Source: Promethearchaeota archaeon
GTDB lineage: Archaea > Asgardarchaeota > Lokiarchaeia > Sigyniarchaeales > SOKP01
Direction of reading: 5' to 3'
Assembly (NCBI GenBank): GCA_016839555.1
Contig: JAEOUA010000012.1
Location: 317,756 to 381,755, forward strand
Length of the DNA: 64,000 nucleotides
The translations under genes were made by a program, and so were the position numbers. Shown one piece after another: positions 60,371 through 64,000 of the stretch (position 1 is its first letter; every line of letters starts with the position of its first letter). The notes under the pieces are model-generated. The model was given only the letters and a program-made list of their open reading frames with translations, was not told where the DNA came from and searched no databases.

Positions 60371-62944
60371 TTGCAAAGCTTGAGTATGAATGAAAGAATT
60401 TGGTTTAAAAAGGATTTAATTTTAAATGATAAGATAAATACTTTTTGGAGTTTATCTGCTGAACAATTATTTGAAAAATTTCATTCAACATCTAAAGGAT
60501 TATCATCAGAACAAGTAAAAGATCATTTATTAAAGTATGGCCCAAATATTTTTAAAAAAAAGGAGAAAACCAATGTAATCTTTATGATTTTATCCCAATT
60601 TAAAAGTCCGCTTATTCTTTTATTGTTCTTTTCTGCTATATTATCAATTTTCTTAGGAGACTTAATAGATTCAATTATTATTATAATTATACTTCTTATT
60701 AGTAGTCTACTTAGTTTTTTTCAAGAGTATCAAGCAGCAAATGCAATGGAAAAGTTGCTAACAATCGTTCAAACAAAAATTACAGTAATACGCGATGGAT
60801 ACCAACAAGAAATTTCTCTAGAAGAAATTGTTCCTGGGGATATTATTTTTTTATCTGCAGGGAAGGCAGTTCCAGCTGATTGCTTGATTTTAGAATCAAA
60901 GGATCTTTATGTTAATGAAGCAACTTTAACAGGAGAAACTTTTGCTGTTGAGAAAAACACTGGTGAACTTCCTCCAGAAACCCCTTTAAATCAGCGGAAT
61001 AATTCTCTTTTTATGGGAACTCATATAGTAAGTGGCACAGCAAAAGCAATTGTAGTAAATACATCTAGAAATACTTTATTTGGGCAAATTTATGAACATT
61101 TAAAATTAAGATCTCCCGAGACAGGCTTCGATTTGGGAATAAAGCATTTTGGGTATCTATTACTTAGGGTAATAATAATTCTTTTGATAATAATCTTTAT
61201 AATTAATTTGATTTTTGATCGTCCATTTCTAGAATCATTTTTGTTTGCACTTGCTCTTGCTGTAGGATTAACCCCTTCATTATTACCGGCAATAATCAGT
61301 ACAATGATGGCTCGTGGAGCAAAAATAATGGCAAGCAAAAAGGTTATTATTAAACGTCTCAATTCGATCGAGAATTTAGGAAGCATGAGTATATTATGCT
61401 CTGATAAAACAGGAACTTTAACAGAGGGTAAAATTCAAGTTCATTCCACTATAGATATTTACGGAAATAAAAGTGAAAAAATACTACTCTATGCATATCT
61501 AAATTCTTTTTATGAGACAGGATATAAAAATCCGATTGATGAAGCAATACGGAATTATCATCAGTTCGATCTTTCCAAATATGAAAAATTAGATGAAGTT
61601 CCTTACGGTTTTGTGAGAAAACGTTTAAGTATTTTAGTATCAAAAAATGAAAAGAAGATTATGATAACAAAGGGGGCATTAACAAATATTCTCGATATTT
61701 GCACAAAAGCGGAAGTTAATAATAAAAAAATTATTAAAATTGAAGAAATAAGAGAAAAAATCAATCAAAAGTTTGAAGATTTAAATGAACAAGGCTTCAA
61801 GGTTCTTGGAATAGCATATAAAAATCTTGAATCTTCACAAACCATTAATAGAGATTCTGAAAAAGAAATGATATTTATGGGATTTGTTGTTTTGTTTGAT
61901 CCACTCAAACCACAAATAAATGAAACATTAACACAATTATCTACCCTGGGTGTTAGAATTAAAATTATTACCGGAGATAATCAATTTGCAGCGTCATATA
62001 TTGGTAAATTATTAAATTTATCTTTTTCAAATGTAATTAGTGGCTCAGAATTACGCAAAATCAATGATGAGGCACTTATGAATATTGTAAATAAAGTTGA
62101 TATTTTTGCAGAAATAGAACCAAATCAGAAAGAACGAATTATTCTTGCTTTAAAGAAAAATCAATATGTGGTTGGATATATGGGAGATGGAATTAATGAT
62201 GCTTCTGCTCTTCATTCTGCAGATTTAGGCATATCTGTAGAAGATGCTGTTGATGTTGCAAAAGAAGCTGCTGACATTGTACTATTGGAAAAAAATCTTG
62301 AAGTCTTATCAGAAGGTATAAGAGAGGGAAGAAAAACATTTGCAAATACTTTAAAATATATATTTATAACTACTAGTGCTAATTTTGGAAATATGTTTAG
62401 CATGGCAGGAGCTTCACTTTTTCTTCCGTTCTTACCCATGCTCCCAAATCAAATTTTACTTACAAATCTTATTTCCGATATTCCAGCTTTGACGATTGCA
62501 ACTGATAATGTCGATAAAGAAATGACTTTAAAGCCTCAGAAATGGGATATTAAAATTATTCGTAATTTTATGGTTATATTTGGTTTAATAAGCTCATTAT
62601 TTGACTTTCTTACATTTTTTATATTTTTCTTTTTATTAGATTTTACACCCGATCAATTCAGAACATCTTGGTTCATATTTTCAGTAATAACTGAATTATT
62701 GATACTTTTAATAATCCGAACTCATAAAAACGTATTTAAGAGTAGACCCAGTAAATCACTTATTCTAACTTCCCTCAATGCTGCTATAATCACTCTTATA
62801 TTTCCCTATGCCTTCTTCAATAGCCTTTTTGGATTCACTCCATTAAATGGGTTTAATATTTTACTGATTATAATCATTATTATAAGTTATGGATTAATAT
62901 CTGAAACCACAAAAAAGTTCTTTTTCAAGAAGCAGAAATTTTGA
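60371..62944 (+). CDS. mgtA: Mg2+-translocating P-type ATPase
   Basis: LTGET, ALAVGLTP, CSDKTGTLT, TKGA, ITGDN, MGDGINDA and SANFGNMFS (type IIIB) motifs. Exact start uncertain. Confidence 0.92.
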   Translation: MQSLSMNERIWFKKDLILNDKINTFWSLSAEQLFEKFHSTSKGLSSEQVKDHLLKYGPNIFKKKEKTNVIFMILSQFKSPLILLLFFSAILSIFLGDLIDSIIIIIILLISSLLSFFQEYQAANAMEKLLTIVQTKITVIRDGYQQEISLEEIVPGDIIFLSAGKAVPADCLILESKDLYVNEATLTGETFAVEKNTGELPPETPLNQRNNSLFMGTHIVSGTAKAIVVNTSRNTLFGQIYEHLKLRSPETGFDLGIKHFGYLLLRVIIILLIIIFIINLIFDRPFLESFLFALALAVGLTPSLLPAIISTMMARGAKIMASKKVIIKRLNSIENLGSMSILCSDKTGTLTEGKIQVHSTIDIYGNKSEKILLYAYLNSFYETGYKNPIDEAIRNYHQFDLSKYEKLDEVPYGFVRKRLSILVSKNEKKIMITKGALTNILDICTKAEVNNKKIIKIEEIREKINQKFEDLNEQGFKVLGIAYKNLESSQTINRDSEKEMIFMGFVVLFDPLKPQINETLTQLSTLGVRIKIITGDNQFAASYIGKLLNLSFSNVISGSELRKINDEALMNIVNKVDIFAEIEPNQKERIILALKKNQYVVGYMGDGINDASALHSADLGISVEDAVDVAKEAADIVLLEKNLEVLSEGIREGRKTFANTLKYIFITTSANFGNMFSMAGASLFLPFLPMLPNQILLTNLISDIPALTIATDNVDKEMTLKPQKWDIKIIRNFMVIFGLISSLFDFLTFFIFFFLLDFTPDQFRTSWFIFSVITELLILLIIRTHKNVFKSRPSKSLILTSLNAAIITLIFPYAFFNSLFGFTPLNGFNILLIIIIIISYGLISETTKKFFFKKQKF

Positions 62945-63559
62945 AATAAAATAAGAGAAAAAAATTCACTCTAATTTATGCTTCTGATTAGGAAAAAAAT
63001 AGAGAAATAAAAAAATTATTCTTTTTTTTTATGATCTTTCAGAAATAATCCAAATTTATTTTTAAATGACACAGAAAAATTAAAGATAGTTTTTCAAAAT
63101 AAACCAAATAATTTCATAAATAAATCAAAATCCTTTAAAAAGGAGAAATAAAAAATTATTTTTTCATTTTTCATAAATAATACAAAATATTTCATTCGTT
63201 TTATAAAAATTAAAAAGAGAAAAATGTCAAGGAAAAGAGGTTAATGATTGAAAAAGAAAAATTTAATTAGTTTTAAACGGACTTTAGGTAACATTTTACG
63301 ATTAAGAGGAAATGAATGTATAACTGGATGATATTGGTTATACAGGAAAATGAAGTTAATTTTGAATTCAAGTTAGAAAGATTTAACTGATAATGAGACA
63401 AATATAAAATCTTCAAAGTAAGCTATTCTTAGGATGACTTTAGGAGCAAAATAATCAATAGGATTTTTAATGGATAAATTGAAATCTATTAAACACCAAA
63501 TCCCTCTTTTTTAATAATGAGGTCATATAAATAATATTTTTAAACAAGAAACTATAGAT

Positions 63560-64000
63560 ATGGTTAAAATATATTTATTCAAAATTTCAAAAGAATTAAA
63601 TTTAGCTAATAATAAAATTAAGGATTTAACTGGTATTAAAAATCTAAAAAATTTAAGGAAACTTAAGTTAGGTGATAACGAGGTTTCAGAAATAGACGAT
63701 TTAAAACATTTAGAAAAGCTTGAAATTCTTGATCTAAGTAATAATCAAATCAAAAATTTCCGCCGGCCACGAATTGCCCATATTTGGAAAAGAAACTTTT
63801 ATAACAAAATAGCCTCTAAAAGGTTAAAAAGAGATCCGATACCAAAAAACGAATTTCTTGAAAAAAACGCGATTCCATTCTTAACGGTGAATCCTACATC
63901 TAATTTCTTTGATGGATTCAGCATTGTTAAAACCATTGACATTGGTTTTTCAATACTAGACACGAAATATTCAAAATTGGATTTCGGCTTAAAATATATA
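63560..64000 (+). CDS. Leucine-rich repeat protein (runs off the window end; may be a remnant)
   Basis: ATG at 63560 gives ...ELNLANNKIKDLTGIKNLKNLRKLKLGDNEVSEIDDLKHLEKLEILDLSNNQIK. The frame stays open to the window end. Confidence 0.65.
   Translation, partial: MVKIYLFKISKELNLANNKIKDLTGIKNLKNLRKLKLGDNEVSEIDDLKHLEKLEILDLSNNQIKNFRRPRIAHIWKRNFYNKIASKRLKRDPIPKNEFLEKNAIPFLTVNPTSNFFDGFSIVKTIDIGFSILDTKYSKLDFGLKYI

Noticed and set aside
4520-62439. Short overlapping or antisense ORFs in the track (e.g. 4520-4726, 6746-6958, 13253-13567, 19988-20347, 25568-25849, 37232-38312, 54924-55442, 61090-62439)
   Set aside because: They are shadows of well-supported genes and have no recognisable motifs.
1027-62944. 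Additional BHB introns in other protein-coding genes
   Set aside because: The other recognisable genes have intact termini and core motifs. Stop-free in-frame introns cannot be excluded without alignments and a computational BHB scan.
1-64000. CRISPR array, rRNA or transposase
   Set aside because: No regularly spaced direct repeats, rRNA-like stretches or transposase motifs were seen by eye.

Overview
This is a very AT-rich archaeal chromosome segment, most consistent with an Asgard archaeon of the Lokiarchaeia. That assignment is inferred from gene content: thermosome, Cdc48, several LRR proteins, Rab-like and MglA/Arf-like small GTPases, a VWA-zinc-finger protein, an SCP2 protein and an intron-containing archaeal tRNA. 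Core content: leuC/hacA (partial); DAP-pathway lysine genes dapF-lysA and dapA-dapB; ndk; argG; a PAS histidine kinase with a receiver protein; tRNA-Pro(UGG); an hsp20-cdc48-ArsR-zincin heat-shock operon; an orphan DNA methyltransferase; two metV-metF pairs, one in an operon with hdrA(-mvhD)-hdrC-hdrB; PEPCK; an HDAC-family protein; a thermosome subunit; and mgtA. The main finding is in argG. Its conserved YSGGLDTS motif is interrupted by a 30-nt insert (7241-7270) carrying two in-frame TGA stops. The insert folds into exact bulge-helix-bulge (BHB) geometry, and removing it restores the motif and a full 415-aa protein. It is therefore a candidate tRNA-endonuclease-type intron in an Asgard protein-coding mRNA. 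The nearby tRNA-Pro has a 30-nt BHB intron at non-canonical position 21/22 with the same architecture. No CRISPR array, rRNA or clear transposase was seen.
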